From Nageia nagi (taxonomy: Eukaryota > Plantae > Pinophyta): 64,000 bases of DNA. The notes under the pieces were generated by a model. That model was not told the origin of the DNA and ran no database searches. It saw only the letters and a program-made list of their open reading frames with translations. Location: the NCBI GenBank assembly GCA_050084985.1, contig JBITNC010000001.1, positions 158,658,001 to 158,722,000 of the forward strand, written 5' to 3'. The position numbers and the translations under genes are program-made. Positions 28,701 through 42,243 of this stretch are shown here, piece after piece (position 1 is the first letter of the stretch; the number at the start of each line of letters is the position of its first letter).

Positions 28701-31378
28701 ACTTAGCATGCATCATTCTATAGCTTAAAAATTAATTAATAAGCATGCATCATTCCAAAAAGTTAAGCATACATCATAGGTCAATTTATCACTTTGCAAA
28801 AGAAGGATAAATATTCAATTTCTATAACTAAACAAACTTTAAGGACGCATAAGCTTGCATTCATAGCATTGCATTAAAGATATAAAATTTTTAAGTATTG
28901 TATAAGAATCAACACTTAAAACTAAGTACTAGTCTTGTCATATGCCATATCTAGATACAAATTGAAGTAAAATTTATAAAAATTCCCCCTCTTTTACTTA
29001 AAGATTTATCCCTAAAGATAGCATACTAGGATTAAAAAAATTGCATGCTAACAAATTTTCTTCTAAGTATTAAAAAATTATCCCCATTAGAGATAAAAGA
29101 AATACTTAGTATGCAAAGTTTCCTTTTTATAAGCTTTTACAAGTACTAAAGTATTTTTACAATAGTAAAAATTTCACATTTAACTATTTAAGTACATGCA
29201 AAAAACTCATCTTCCCTCTTTTTAAGGTAAAAATAAAAGTATCAAATATATTATCAAGGCATTCATTAATTTTAGCACTAAAAAAAATACCTTAAGAAAT
29301 ACTCTCCAAGCAAAAAAAATAAATAATCCATCATTTTCTTACTCTACCTCAAGTCAAAGATTTAAATACAGAGGATAATCATTAAAGAAAAAAATAAGGC
29401 GTATGGACATCCATTGCCAATTTAAATAGCTTTGCAATAAATATTGCTTGCAAGGAAAGAAAAGGTCATCTACCTAAAAAATAATAAATGGAGTGGTAGG
29501 TGTATTTATTAAAAAAACTTACACACATAGATAAAAAAGGTTAAAAATATAAAAAAGGAGATGCCAAGCAGCTAACAGAGAAGAGTGCATCATGGAGGGA
29601 GAAAAGGTCATGCAGAGGTCACAAAAGGAGCCATAGAGAGGAGAGCAGATAAGGAGGCCATAGAGTGGAGGCAAGAGGATGAGAGGAGGGAGGAAGGTTG
29701 CATAAAGGTCTTTCAACACTCCCAAAGGTGAGTATAGGGTGTGAGGAGGTGGAGACATAGGTGAGGAGAGTTTGTCAATAGAGGAGGAGAGGAGAGTTAG
29801 AAGTGGGTAGTAAACACCATATAGGGTAACAAATGTCATGCAAGGTAGTAGATGTTGTGTAGGATGGCCTACTAAGCTACTAGAAGTCAAGGAGTCTAAG
29901 GTCACAATGAAGGGGGTTGAAGGGCTAAAGAGTGATGCCTCAAGGAGATAAAATGCATTGTAGAGGGACAACTAAGTGGTTGAACATAAAGGACAGTGTG
30001 ATGGAGTAGAAGGCTTAGATTTCTCCAAATAAAAATATGTCTAAAACCTAGAAACATTCCTACATAGGAGGTCTGATTGCCCACCTGAGCTCACAAAGGG
30101 AAGGGATGGGGGGTGTGGCTATTAGAGGTGAACGATAGGCCATCCACTCGTAAAACTCATCTCTTCTCTCTACTATGCATCACATAGAGTTCTACCAGGG
30201 GAAGGTGAGCGAACATGCCAACAGAGATGAAGTCATCAATATGGATGGTCAACCCACCCAATTTACATTAAAAAATGTATTTTTCTAAATATAATACAAG
30301 CATTTTCCTCACAAGGTTGTATAATATATTGCAAATGACTAATTTATTTTCCAATGCAAAGTCAATTTTTGTAAAAAAGTGCTTCAAAAAAATTTGTGAA
30401 ATATTGCAATTTGTTCACTAAGCTTTCCCAAATTTTTAAAAGGAAAAAAAAGTATTAATCTTACAAAATTGCATCATAATTTTTAATTAATTTTTAGGCA
30501 TATTTTGTAATATTACAAAGTACTATCACCTTTGTAATATTACACAAATTTTTATATAGTAATCCCTTAAAAAAATGTAGCAATTAAAATAATTGCAAGT
30601 AACATAAGAGGATAGCTTAAACTAAAAATTTTGTAATTTTTTTAGCCATATTATGCTTCAAAGGCACTAACACATAACAACTAATATGTTAGTAGCATAA
30701 TGTACCAAGAAAAATAATAACTAAGAGTAAAGAAATTTATACCTTCTCTTAGTTTTACCTCAACAATGAAATGGAGAGATGAGGTGTAGAATAAGGAATG
30801 AAAATCACCAAGCTATAGTAGAAGAGCCTCAACACCAAGAAGAAGAGCTACCACACCAAGCTTTGATACCAATTTGAAGGAACTAACACTAACACATAAT
30901 TCTTAAAGGACCAAGATCACAAGGAAGCTCACTCATTCATCTTTAAGAAATCAAGCATAAACACCCTCACAAGATAACTCAAGAGATAAAGTGGTTTTTC
31001 CAACTAGGAGTACATCCACTAACTAGATCTTAATCTATTCACAAACATGAGCTTTTTAAAAATCTCCTAATCTCATATCCTAAATACTATCCTATAACAT
31101 AACTTTACTTCAAAAATTGGTGTGTGATCACAAAGAGGGAGCCTTCTATTTATAGGCCAAAATCCTTCTTTGGATCACCCTTTTACCCAATGTACAAAGG
31201 CATGACATGCAACACCCTTTTACCCTAGGGGCATGCTCATGATATGGAGTGTAGGACAAGTTACATTATCATATTCACTTAAATGCTTAAGGTATGTAAT
31301 GACACCCTTAAGTATTAGTGAATTTATAAAGAGGATTATTATGAGAACCTTTACAATAATGCATTATAGATTCCAACA
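22771..31378 (-). mobile_element. Full-length Ty1/copia LTR retrotransposon (family A), 8.6 kb, decayed
   Basis: 5-bp TSD AAGGT at 22766-22770 and 31379-31383. LTRs at 22771-23275 and 30875-31378 differ by about 16 mismatches in the first 150 bp by eye. tRNA-Met PBS at 30860-30871; degenerate PPT at 23276-23286. Confidence 0.97.
24000..27780 (-). pseudogene. copia gag-pol (gag, PR, integrase, RT, RNase H) with many stops and frameshifts
   Basis: MRDTFLPKHILNDSNFGIWEPWMR start; UBN2-like gag ORF 26890..27417; QLVHSDL; PYTPQQNGVVERKNRTI; HLRVFGC; YVDDLLIT; ISWDSKKQPTISLST; TKHVEIQAHFIREKV. Integrase lies before RT, the copia order. Confidence 0.95.
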
Positions 31379-31383
31379 AAGGT

Positions 31384-33000
31384 ATCCCCTACAAAGTTAG
31401 TTTCAATTTCAAGTAAATATATTTAATTCATATCTTGAGTGAACATAGGAATTAAAAAACCATACAAAATTATGATGGTATACTTCAACATGAAATATTA
31501 GTTTCCCTTCTTAGTGTCAACTAAAATTTAGCACACAGTTGGACTCAATCAAGAGATCTATGTACTCTTAATTCTACACCAAACATGTACTAAAAATTAT
31601 ATAAAAAAATTTTAATAACTGGTGGTCTCCCTAACCTTTTTCAATATCACCATATCAATACTTATTCATCCAATATCATATTAGAAGTCTAGATTGATGT
31701 TTGAAAATAATTGTTGTTATTGATATAAGATAATCCACATTAAGTGGGAGTAGAAAAAAAATCCACATTTATATTAAGATCCTCCAATTTCCTTTCCATC
31801 AAAGTCAACAAAGCATCTACCCAATCAAAAATTATTTTTCCTCCATCAGAGAGACATCGTATGGATGGATCATATATTTTATATTAAAGCTAGAAATAAT
31901 AGTTATTATGGTAAATAGATCATAGGTCTACTTTTTAAATCTCATGATGGCAAAATTTTGTTTAGGATCTTATTGATGGGTTTATTTAATATTTTATTTA
32001 ATCAAGTTAATACAATATTATCTTTGTTATACAAGGTCAACTCTTTCTCTAAAGAGAACCTCTTTTTTGACATCTCCACTTTTGAAATTATCAAAGTTTC
32101 ATGAATTACACAATGTGCATTATTTAAGAGGGGAGAATTATCTATTTTATACATAGTTATGATATTTTTATCATAGTGGGTAGAATATTCTCTAATGAGA
32201 TCAAGGAAATGATGCATCATTCTAAGCACAAATAAGTTTGCATGTGTAGTGTGAGGAACTTGTACATATGAGATATACTCTTATGTGGATTAGCTTTTAT
32301 TATATCTCTAAGTTTTCCAAAATTGATGAATTTTGTATATATAATATATAAAAAATCATCCATATAGCCCCTTTTAGTCACCAAGTTGACTTTTTTGTTA
32401 TGGTGTTGCTTGCCTTATTCCTTGTTCTCCTAGATGCCATCATTTCCTAGTTTTGGATGGGAACTTATCAACTTCACATTTCTTATCTTCAAGAATTATG
32501 TGAATTTATAAACTCAATGTAAAAACATGTTTAAGCATCAAGAATCCTAAAGTATTCCTCTAATGTTTCCCCCTTCTATTTATATATTATTTGGTACATG
32601 TGAGAGTAATGGCTCTAGCTTTAGTAGGTTTTATATCCTTAAATTGTCAATTTAGAAAATCTCCATGTTTAACATCTTTCTTCATTTGGTATAAGAGCTT
32701 GCAAAATATTTTCATACCATGGTAGGTAAGCATAGTATTTATAGTCAATATCATTGATTTTGATTTATTATGGACCTTGATTAATTGTAAAATAATAAAA
32801 GCTAATGTATATGTGGGTAATTTATATATTTTATAGATCACTCATAGTCATTTTATTAGGCTAAAGCATATGTATTTTGATGAAATTCATTAACAAGGAT
32901 GTTCCATGTATAATAATTGGTGAGATTTTTCAACTTATATGCATTATATTCTCAAACATCCAAGATTATATATGTAATTCTCCATAATAAATCAAACTTT
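31384..33000 (-). mobile_element. Highly degenerate gypsy-like gag relic (host of the copia insertion)
   Basis: Only weak fragments: PWYENILQ...TW and KGETLEEYF at about 32550-32730. Confidence 0.35.
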
Positions 33001-33269
33001 TAGTACTTGCCAAGTTATGCATGAAGTTATTCCCATTTAAATACCACATATCTAACATGAAATTAAACACCACATATTTTTTTTTTTATGGTTAAACCAA
33101 CTTTTAATATTTTTTACCTATGCCATAGATTTTAAAATCACTTATTTTTGTCTTTTGCTAAATGAAGAAGTTAGTTCATTTGAGATTCTAAGGGTTTGAA
33201 CTCTAAAAATCCATATTCTTAGAGGAACTACATCATTGAAAGCTCTAGATAAATCAATAAAAATACCTT

Positions 33270-33272
<3 letters not shown>

Positions 33273-33310
<38 letters not shown>
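33273..33310. repeat. (CA)19 microsatellite
   Basis: Seen directly. Confidence 0.99.
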
Positions 33311-33311
<1 letters not shown>

Positions 33312-35334
33312 TAATGATATAGTGTAGATTCTTATTGGTGGAATTAGATTTTCCATTTCATTAAAAATAGAAATTGTATGATTATGAAAATTATTTTCCA
33401 CCATTATGAGAAACTAGCAGTTGTTGATGAAATAATTATGGAAATGAAGTTTGAGAGGTGAAGGAAATGAAATATACCTTTGAAGAGGAAGGAAATTACC
33501 TCTTCATACAAGAAATATCTAATGATGGTTTTTTGAATCTTCGAAAATTATGTAAATATACAAAATAAAACTTCAAAAGATGCAAATATAATAAAAATAG
33601 TAACTTAAATACTTTTATCATTTTATTAAATTATTTTATTGACTAAAGGATATTTTTTATGGGAATGGAATGATTGAAAACCTAAGCCCTCTATCTAATA
33701 AGAAATGTCTAAACATCCCTACCCACCACAACCATAAAAGATGAGGTGATAGGGTATCTTAGGACTTTTGTCAAATACAAAAATATCCATCTATTCAAAT
33801 TAAATATTGTTTGTAAGAAATAGAACTAAAAGTCAAACATGAAATATAAATTTCATAACTAACACTCACTCAACATAATAAAACTACATTTTAATACATT
33901 ACAACATGCATGCATGATTAGACTTTTAAACATATTCCCAAAAGAACTTGCATTCTCTCTCTTTTTTTTTGTTTTTAAATTTTACTAAATTACCTTTTTA
34001 TATTTGATTGAATAACCTCATTTTTAGGATACATACTCCTCTTGCTCCTACCTTATTTGTCTATTGTACCTACAAGATACCACAAGATCTTTCTCAGATG
34101 ATAGGTATCTCTTAAATAATTAGTGAATATATAAATAAATAATAATCTTTTCCTAGAAATCACATCTATTGTGGAAAAAGATAGGCATATCTCTTCACAA
34201 ATTATTTCAAAGATAGAAGTAATTGAGATTTATTAAAGGCATAACATGCATATTACAAATATGATTATATTAAGGGAATAGTATCCATCTAATTTTATAT
34301 AACCTCTTCATCACAGATTATTTGGAAAATTACTATTGAGCTTAATAGAATCATGAAGGCCCAATAATTCTCTAATATAGTCATGCCTAAATGGCAAACA
34401 TAAGATACAAAATATAGTAATGTCAGACATGAAAATAATCTCATTTCTATTTTACAATTCGTAACATAAGTTATGATGAATCATAATGCAAATGCTTCAT
34501 TTCATTTTTAATCTAAAAATGATTAAATCTAGGTTACTATTCAACTTAGTTTTAATAGTGACTTGAATATTATCCACTTGCTTAACAAGTAATCATACAA
34601 TCATATACCTCAACTTCCTCATGCAGTGCATATATATATGTAGCTATATAGTTATTCCCATTTGATCATGAATTCAAAAATATAAAACATAATCCTTAAT
34701 TATTTGTTCAATACATGTTCATCCTATCATCTAGTAGTATAATACATACTTATATATACATATCAATTCAACATTAGTATATCATATTCTTTTATGACTA
34801 GATTATCAGTTTAAACAATTGCAAAATATATAGTATACTTTCATAACATGATTTTTGTTATATCTAAGTACAAATACCAATATATACATAGATAATATGA
34901 TATTTATATAATGTTCATAGAAATACCACTATGATATATTTGAAAAATATATTTTGGTGTAACTTAATAATAAGGTACTATCCTTCCAATATGCATGGTA
35001 TTATTACATTGCATAGTTTTACTTTATATTACAATATCATGGTAATGTTCATGTCATACTTGCATAGCCTAAGTTCAAAGTAATATAATATGTATGATAG
35101 CACCTAGCAATACTCATGCATAGTCTAAGCATATGATAGGAGTAAATATTTTTCAAGTTGGAATCACATTTTCATATTTAATAGTCTCATTGTAATATAT
35201 TTACATAATCTTAGTATTGTATTCAATTTTGATATAACATAACATACATAATGACACTAAGCAATTTTCATGTCATATTTGCATAATTTATAGTATCACA
35301 AGGAAATCAACAATTAGGAGATTTGCATTATATA

Positions 35335-35560
35335 TAATGGGGATTATTTGGAGGCTCTTGAATATTTTCAAAAAATATAATTGATTAGTTTTAGATGATA
35401 ATTAATAATCATTTCAAGTATTATGATTGTATGTGCAACTTTTTGCAACTTTAAAATCAGGCACGAACATTCATGGATAATATTTGAGAACTGAGTGAAC
35501 TACATTATGCATGTTATTTATGAAACAACTTTATCCCTAGATATTGGTATATGGGAAGCT
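35335..35560 (+). pseudogene. PLS-class PPR gene fragment B
   Basis: NGDYLEALEYFQKI*LISFR...IISSIMIVCAT/ATLKSGTNIHG, a P-to-L repeat pattern. Confidence 0.65.
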
Positions 35561-35703
35561 ATATTTAATTGCCTTGTTTAAATTTCATCAATTTGCTACA
35601 AAAAACTTGCACCTTACATAGAATACATATCATGATCATAAAAAATTCTACTAGAAGTGATGTAGAAGCTATTACCTTGGAGGCTATTGAATTTTGAGCT
35701 CAA

Positions 35704-35808
35704 TTAGTACCCCAAAAGGATTGAAAAGCCTTTATGAATGTAACTCCTACCATTCACAAAGCTTTGGAGCAGCATTCATAAAGGCTTCCCATATTTTTGT
35801 GATACTAA
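35704..35808. repeat. Imperfect inverted repeat / hairpin
   Basis: Perfect 15-bp arms AAGCCTTTATGAATG (35726-35740) and CATTCATAAAGGCTT (35773-35787), extending imperfectly to about 45 bp. Confidence 0.85.
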
Positions 35809-36119
35809 AAGTTTGAGTTAATACCTTTTATGATTACATGTTCTTGATAAAATTCTCCTCTACTATGTTTTGAAATGCTAATAGCATCCGTCGTTCACAC
35901 ACCCAATGCTAAAAAGAAATATAAAGGAAATTTCAGATATTTTTAATAGCGATTGAATATTCATGCACTTGTAAGCATTAAAGACTCATGATGAACAAAT
36001 TTAAAAAATGCAGAAAATAATATCATACTTAATCTCATGATGAACAAACAACATTACATCTATAGAACATAAGAAACATAAAATAAAAAATATAGATGAA
36101 ACATTAAATCTATTAAAGA

Positions 36120-36441
36120 CTAGGGGTTCCTCATCTCCACAACTTTCTTTCACGAGTCCCTGCATGAGATGTTCTTCCACCACTCATTCACATTCTTGCT
36201 TGGAGGATTAAACTTCTGGCTGTCCACCTCCATCCACTGTTCAACAATAGCCTTCTCGTTTATTTCTCCATAATATATCTCACAATAGCCCTGGATTCTG
36301 CAAATTAATATAAAACGTCGTAAAAAAACAAGCAATGAAGTATAAGTAATGTAACATTCAGTATTTTGAAAGAGAAGGGAACAGAATTAAACCGAAGAGT
36401 GTGAGATCGCCATCCTGAAAGGCGGGCACCTGCCCGAAGGG
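36120..36441 (-). pseudogene. GSTF: Phi-class glutathione S-transferase pseudogene: exon 2 (36441-36393), intron (36392-36298), deleted exon 3 (36297-36120)
   Basis: A 49-bp exon PFGQVPAFQDGDLTLF is bounded by CAG and GT. It is followed by ESRAIVRYIMEK, a frameshifting deletion, EKAIVEQWMEVDSQKFNPPS, a large deletion, then KNVNEWWKNISCRDS*KKVVEMRNP*. Exon 1 coding sequence was not found. Confidence 0.93.
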
Positions 36442-36629
36442 CTGCACAAAAAGCAATTTGATTTTTAGTAGTTACTCTAAAACATTACAAATCGAATTAA
36501 TTTCTGGCAAAGACTATCCAGCTTTCTAAGTCTCTCCTTTTTACGCGTAAACTTGTAGAGGGAAGGAATTAATTTCTGGCAATGTGTGGGGAAAACGTTG
36601 GATATGCAAGGAACGTTCGGTGGATTTTA

Positions 36630-36702
36630 ACATTGCACGAAACAAAACGAACTTAGCGATGTGAGTGTGAATGTTAATTTGGTCGAAACAGTTTATATAA
36701 AC
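36630..36702 (-). promoter_or_regulatory. Putative core promoter / 5' UTR of the GSTF remnant
   Basis: TATATAAA within GTTTATATAAAC (36691-36702), a pyrimidine/CA-rich initiator-like tract 25-35 nt downstream, and GCAATG at 36636-36631. CpGs are retained. Confidence 0.5.
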
Positions 36703-39700
36703 TTTAAAAGACATCATATCATATATCATATTGTACTTACTGTGATTGTACCAGATATACATGTTTTGCTGTAATGAGATTTTACATTCAAGAGAATGAT
36801 GATTAATTTTGACAATTTACAGAACTTTTGAATTTTGTTGGAATCGTTTTGCGATTTGAATTTATTTAATAATTGACCAGTTAAGGATGGGTAACATATT
36901 GGGATTTAAAATATTAATTTTTATTTGTAAAAATATTTTAAAATTATATGGAATGAAATAGAATGAAATTCTTTCAATACAAATTTTAAATTTTATTTGA
37001 AAAGAAAAAAAAAAATTTTGTAAATTTTATTTTGAAACATTAATTTAATAGTTGTAAGAAAAAATAAGTCTGCCAAATACTCATGCATACATAAATAACA
37101 TAAAACGAAATGGATAAAGTAAGAGGATATAGTGTTTATATTCATCAACAACATTGTACCCTAATGTCATGTAAGAGCAAAGCTATAAATCATGGCAAAG
37201 GTATATAGAACAATATGCTAAATAATATGAGTAAGAAAATCAAAGACACGAGTAACATAACTTAGTTATTCTAACATTAGAGAAAACTTCAACCCTAATG
37301 AAACTATACTAGTAAAATATTTCATGATGTGAATATTTTCCTCCTCCTTTTTTGTAAAAAATGCTACAAATATACTTGCAACCTAACAAATATGAAACGA
37401 AGGAATGGAACATATTATGGAAGTAAACACCAATTAAAATAATGAGGATCATATTCATCAAAAAGGACTTATAAGAGAATATAATGGAGTTGATATATAT
37501 ACATGTGTCAAAATCAATAATATCAAATATTATTGTGTAAAACATTGTTGATAAAAAAAAAATTATTGTAGGAAGAATTTTGAAAGGGCCCCAACCCTTT
37601 TAAAAAAGCATCAAAATTTGATTTGAGTTCTAAAAAGTCATAGGGAATAATACATTTAATACTCCATAGATCATCACATATAAAGATAAAGCACTTAAAA
37701 GTTAGGTTCTTACTAGAAAAACCAAATAGAAATACTAATATATGAACATAATCTACATGTTTACTAAAAATAAAAAATTGGAACCACACACCAACAAAAT
37801 ATTAGTTAGCCAGACCTTTGATAAATCATCATGGCTTCAAAATTTGCCTTGCATTCTTCTTTCTTTATCAAGCTCAAAAGTTTTATCTTTATATATGCTA
37901 CAAAATATTGAATTTGGCTCACCAACTTAGACAAATATTTGGAGCTCACCTTTAGTGATACCACCAATGAGTCAATAATTAATAGGTTAGAGCTGAACCT
38001 TTTTGTTGCAAAGAAAAAGTCCTCTCTATTTAAATTTTTTCATCCTTCATCTTCTTGTTTTTTTTGGATTGCACTTATTCATCATTTAAGGCTTTCAAGT
38101 TTATATGTTTTAGAGATTTAGCTGATCTAGTACTCTCACCATCAACAAAGTTAAAATAAAACTCAATCCTTACCTCCTTGGCTTCAAGAACTGATAGTTT
38201 CCTTTATGAATAATATTTTTCTCACTTCAAAACTATCTTTGTTGTCTCTTCCATATACACTTCTCATAATTCACTGGAGATATGGATGTTTGAATCCATA
38301 AGAAGATTCTCACTTTTCTCTTTGATATTATCTATAGAACTAAAACTTATTACCTTCTTCATTTTCTCAACTGAAGATAACAAAGTTAACCTTGATGATA
38401 TTTTCCTAAAAGTGGTAATGAAAACAACTTGACTGTTATTAGATTTTGGTTCTAGTTTTTGTTATTTCAAAGAATTTTTCTTTACTTCCTTTTTCTTCCT
38501 TAAGACAGAGAGTCTTTTTTTATTTCTTTATATTTCTTTGCATGGTGAAGTCTAATGCTACACATTTACACTTGAAAAGTATTGCATAAGTGATATACTT
38601 AGTCCACCTAAATAATATCCCCAAAAACTTTAGATATGTCAAGATTTAATTGATTATGATATGAGTTTTTTATGCTAAGAGTTAGCGATTTATCCTTTTT
38701 ATTTGATAAATATTTTTGTTATCATATCTTGATATGTTATTTTTCATCTCTATGCTTGCAAAATAAGATGTTAAAATCTAAATGTAATCAAACATAGTAA
38801 GGGAGACCTCAACCTTAGTCCCTCAAGATCCTAATGCCCACAAGTAGGGATGAACCCCAATCTTGGGTTTGAGTACAATCCCAACACATAAATGTATGTC
38901 TACATAAAAGATAATGCTCATATGCTATGATATGGCTCTTATGTGATTATTATGATAATAAATATTAATATAATGATAAATACTATGATCAATATTATGC
39001 TAAACAATATGCTAAGATTTAAGAAAATGATGTAAACCTAGATACATAAAGAATTCTACCTTACCCACAAAACTAATTATGACTTTTTACAATGCAAATA
39101 TAAAGGTATGATATAAATTGACTAAATACAAAGCTAACATGAGTTTAACCTAATATGCATATTACATGCAAATAATTTTGCAAGATAATAAAATTGGCAT
39201 AAAAGGATATAAAGATCCTCCAAATTTCTCCAAGATTATTTCATTATCTCTCAAATATATACCTTTAGATGAAATTATACAAGATAGAAGCAAGCATACG
39301 ATTCAATATATGATGTTTAAACATAAATATACCTCAATTCATATAACATGGGGTAAGATCATTAACCTTGAAGAAGAAGAATATTGACTTCTCTCTCAAA
39401 CCCTAGGAAAACATTCATGAATATTCTCAATATTTAGATATTAACTTCTCATAATGCTTAGAAGATTGATTAAAAAAAAATGTTAAATGGTAGAATTTTT
39501 TGATTTTGATCTTTAAAATTTTCTTTCATAAATAACTATTTTATGATTGGTTAGCCAATGTCTAGTCAATTGGTTGACTAAAAGATTAATAGGTATCTGA
39601 TTACCATTATGATATAAGCGATTTTAACTATTACATAGTAATAAAATTTTGACTTTGATAATTGCTCATGATAATGATTGAATTTTTCTTTTTATAATAT

Positions 39701-40069
39701 ACCACCCTACAAGATAAACATATAATTTTAGGGTATCTATAATGATCTCTTTTTGAGCTAAGTTTTATACATAAAAAAGATCTTAGCACAAAATACAAAT
39801 AATGTTATTATGATATTTTTTCATGATTACATCATTATAATATTATATTTTTTTAAAAATGATAAATGATGAATGATAATTTATTGATCAGAAATAATTT
39901 ATGATTATAGGCATGCAAACCTACCAAATGTTAAGGAACAAGCATTAAGTGCCATAAAATATGAATTAGTGTAATATGTCCTAGTTTATTGTAACTTGAG
40001 AAATTATAGTACTTAACTTAATAATAATATTAAATCTCTTGATGTGATCATGTATGTTATGAAACTTTG

Positions 40070-40330
40070 ATCCAATTTATGGAAAACAAAGAAGGCACAA
40101 AATAATACCAAATTTATCCTAGTTTATGGAAACCAAAGAGATAATGCTCAAAATGATAACTTTACCATGATTTATGGAAAGCAAAGTATGATAGTGATAA
40201 CCTTAGTAAAATTTATGGAAAACATGGAGATAAAGATATGATCATAATGCTATTATTTTTCTATTTTATATAAATTAAAGAAATATACTCAAAATGATAA
40301 CTTTTCCCTAGTTTATTAAAAGCAAAGGGT
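40070..40330. repeat. Degenerate ~45-bp tandem repeat (core TTTATGGAAAxCAAAG), about 5 copies
   Basis: Core seen at about 40076, 40123, 40171, 40212 and 40312. Confidence 0.75.
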
Positions 40331-41324
40331 GAATATGCTACCATAATGTATGAAAGAAAAGGAAGAATATATAATGATAATATCTTAAGTTGATGATGTT
40401 TGATATGCTATGTTACCAATTTTTGGGATGTGTTATATTGACATGATTAGATAATGTTTATTGATATCTTTCCTTTCAAATAAGGGTTTGAAGGGAGAAC
40501 AAAGTGAATTCAACAAAATATTGATTGACCATTATAATGATGTTCAAAACTTAGTATATAATAATGATTTTAAATATTTTTTATCAATTTTATTTGATTA
40601 TGAAATGATTTTTCTTTAATAGATCCAACCATATAAAAATCATCAACATAAGTTTGATGAGTATATTTTCCATAGGAAGAATGATAGTCAATAATCAAAA
40701 GATAAACCCAAAAGATTTACTCTATGCCTTTCAGATAAAAATATTGTAACCTAAATGGTTGCATCCTAATGGAGAAGAGGCCCATATGTAGTGATGATGA
40801 TTATGGATTGACTGAAGGCATCGAAATATATATGCCTATAATCATTGGATCTTGATATTTGATGTAAGGTACACTTGATAAAACAATATTAGAAATGATG
40901 ATGATAATGAATGATATATGTAATACTTCAATTCTTGATTTTTTAATTGAAAATGATATAATAATGTAAGCATGATAAATATATATATGCCACATGATGT
41001 GATAGATATATTTTTGATAACATTAATGGTGGTTTTTGATGGGAACTAATAACCCTAATTAAAAATGACTTGTGATTTCCAATTATAGCCCATGCATTAT
41101 TCAAAAACCTACTAGTTTCCAAAATGCTTACTATACCTCCAAGAACCCTTTGATACACTTAGATCGAGGAAGCTTCACCTTATGCCCTTCTAGGAAAAAA
41201 TGGACAACGATGACACTACAAACCATAAAAATGAACAACTATAGACACCTCCCTTTTGGGTAAAAACAAACAAACTCATCTTAAACAACACAGAAACTAC
41301 CCCTCCATCTCCTCATAAATAAAT

Positions 41325-42243
41325 TATTTGAGTTTGTTAACCATTGCCATGATGTTGTTTAGCCCCACTAGTGGAGCTCCTCTCAAGGATCCAATATCCC
41401 ACATTAGCATTCCCCAAGTCACTCTTACATCCTTATTGGGACCTTATTCTACTACTGGGGATGCCAAAGGCATCTTGTCATTTGAGTCTTTAGATTTCTC
41501 CTTCACCACCACCCTGCTTCTCCTTAGGAAGATGCACCTCCCTCCTTCAACCTCCTTCTCATACATTTGATTTCCTCTAAGAAGTTTGCTCTCAATTTTC
41601 TTTATTATTGGCATAAGGTCATCCATATCCCCCATCTAGCCTTATTTTTTATCATAAACTTTACAATAAGCAAGAAAAGCCCCTTATGCAAGGCAAATTT
41701 AGTTTATCAATTTTGAAAGTCTTTCTCTAATTTCTCTAGCTCCTTAAAGAGAAAATAAGGCACATTAACCCTTTTTAAAAACCAAGTATGATTTAGTATC
41801 ACCAAGTGGTAGCCTCACAACCATGTCATCTAGCTATCCATGGTGAAATAGTTCATAATTGTCCTAGCTACCTTTGGCCATGATTGAGACAAGTCTTCCC
41901 TCAGGATATACTTCTCATCCCACCCAATTATCTTTGATGATGAAAATAAATCTAGTTACATTTGTTGAAAATATTTATCCCTTATGATCTTTAGTCCCTC
42001 ATCTTCCAAGCTACAGATCTTTACTAGGATTGTCATGGTGATATTGAACAAGAAAGTCCCAATTGTTACATACCTATCCACCGAGCTTCTCACCATTTGG
42101 TGATAGATATCCATATAAAAACCATCAAAATGCTCTAAAAAACTCCATTAGCCTACCTTCCTCAAAACCTCTTGGATGTCATCACTTACCAAAATATTTG
42201 ATGGTTTTGGGCAAAGATCCTTGTGTCCTTGATCACCTCCCTT
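41325..42243 (-). pseudogene. Retroelement accessory ORF (resembles 'putative plant transposon protein'-type extra ORFs), decayed
   Basis: Frame read by eye: GGDQGHKD...LRKVG*WSFLEHFDGF...LREDLSQSWPKVARTIMNYFTMDS...YHLVILNH...VNVPYFL...LHKGLFLLI, then a charged tail (ORF 41444..41635). Confidence 0.6.

Noticed and set aside
29519-29971. 150-aa minus-strand ORF in the copia leader
   Set aside because: Low-complexity L/S/P product of a pyrimidine-rich strand; no recognisable domain.
37300-38760. Possible minus-strand LINE ORF1/endonuclease relic
   Set aside because: Only faint motif traces (LDISK, FKCKC); not enough to call.
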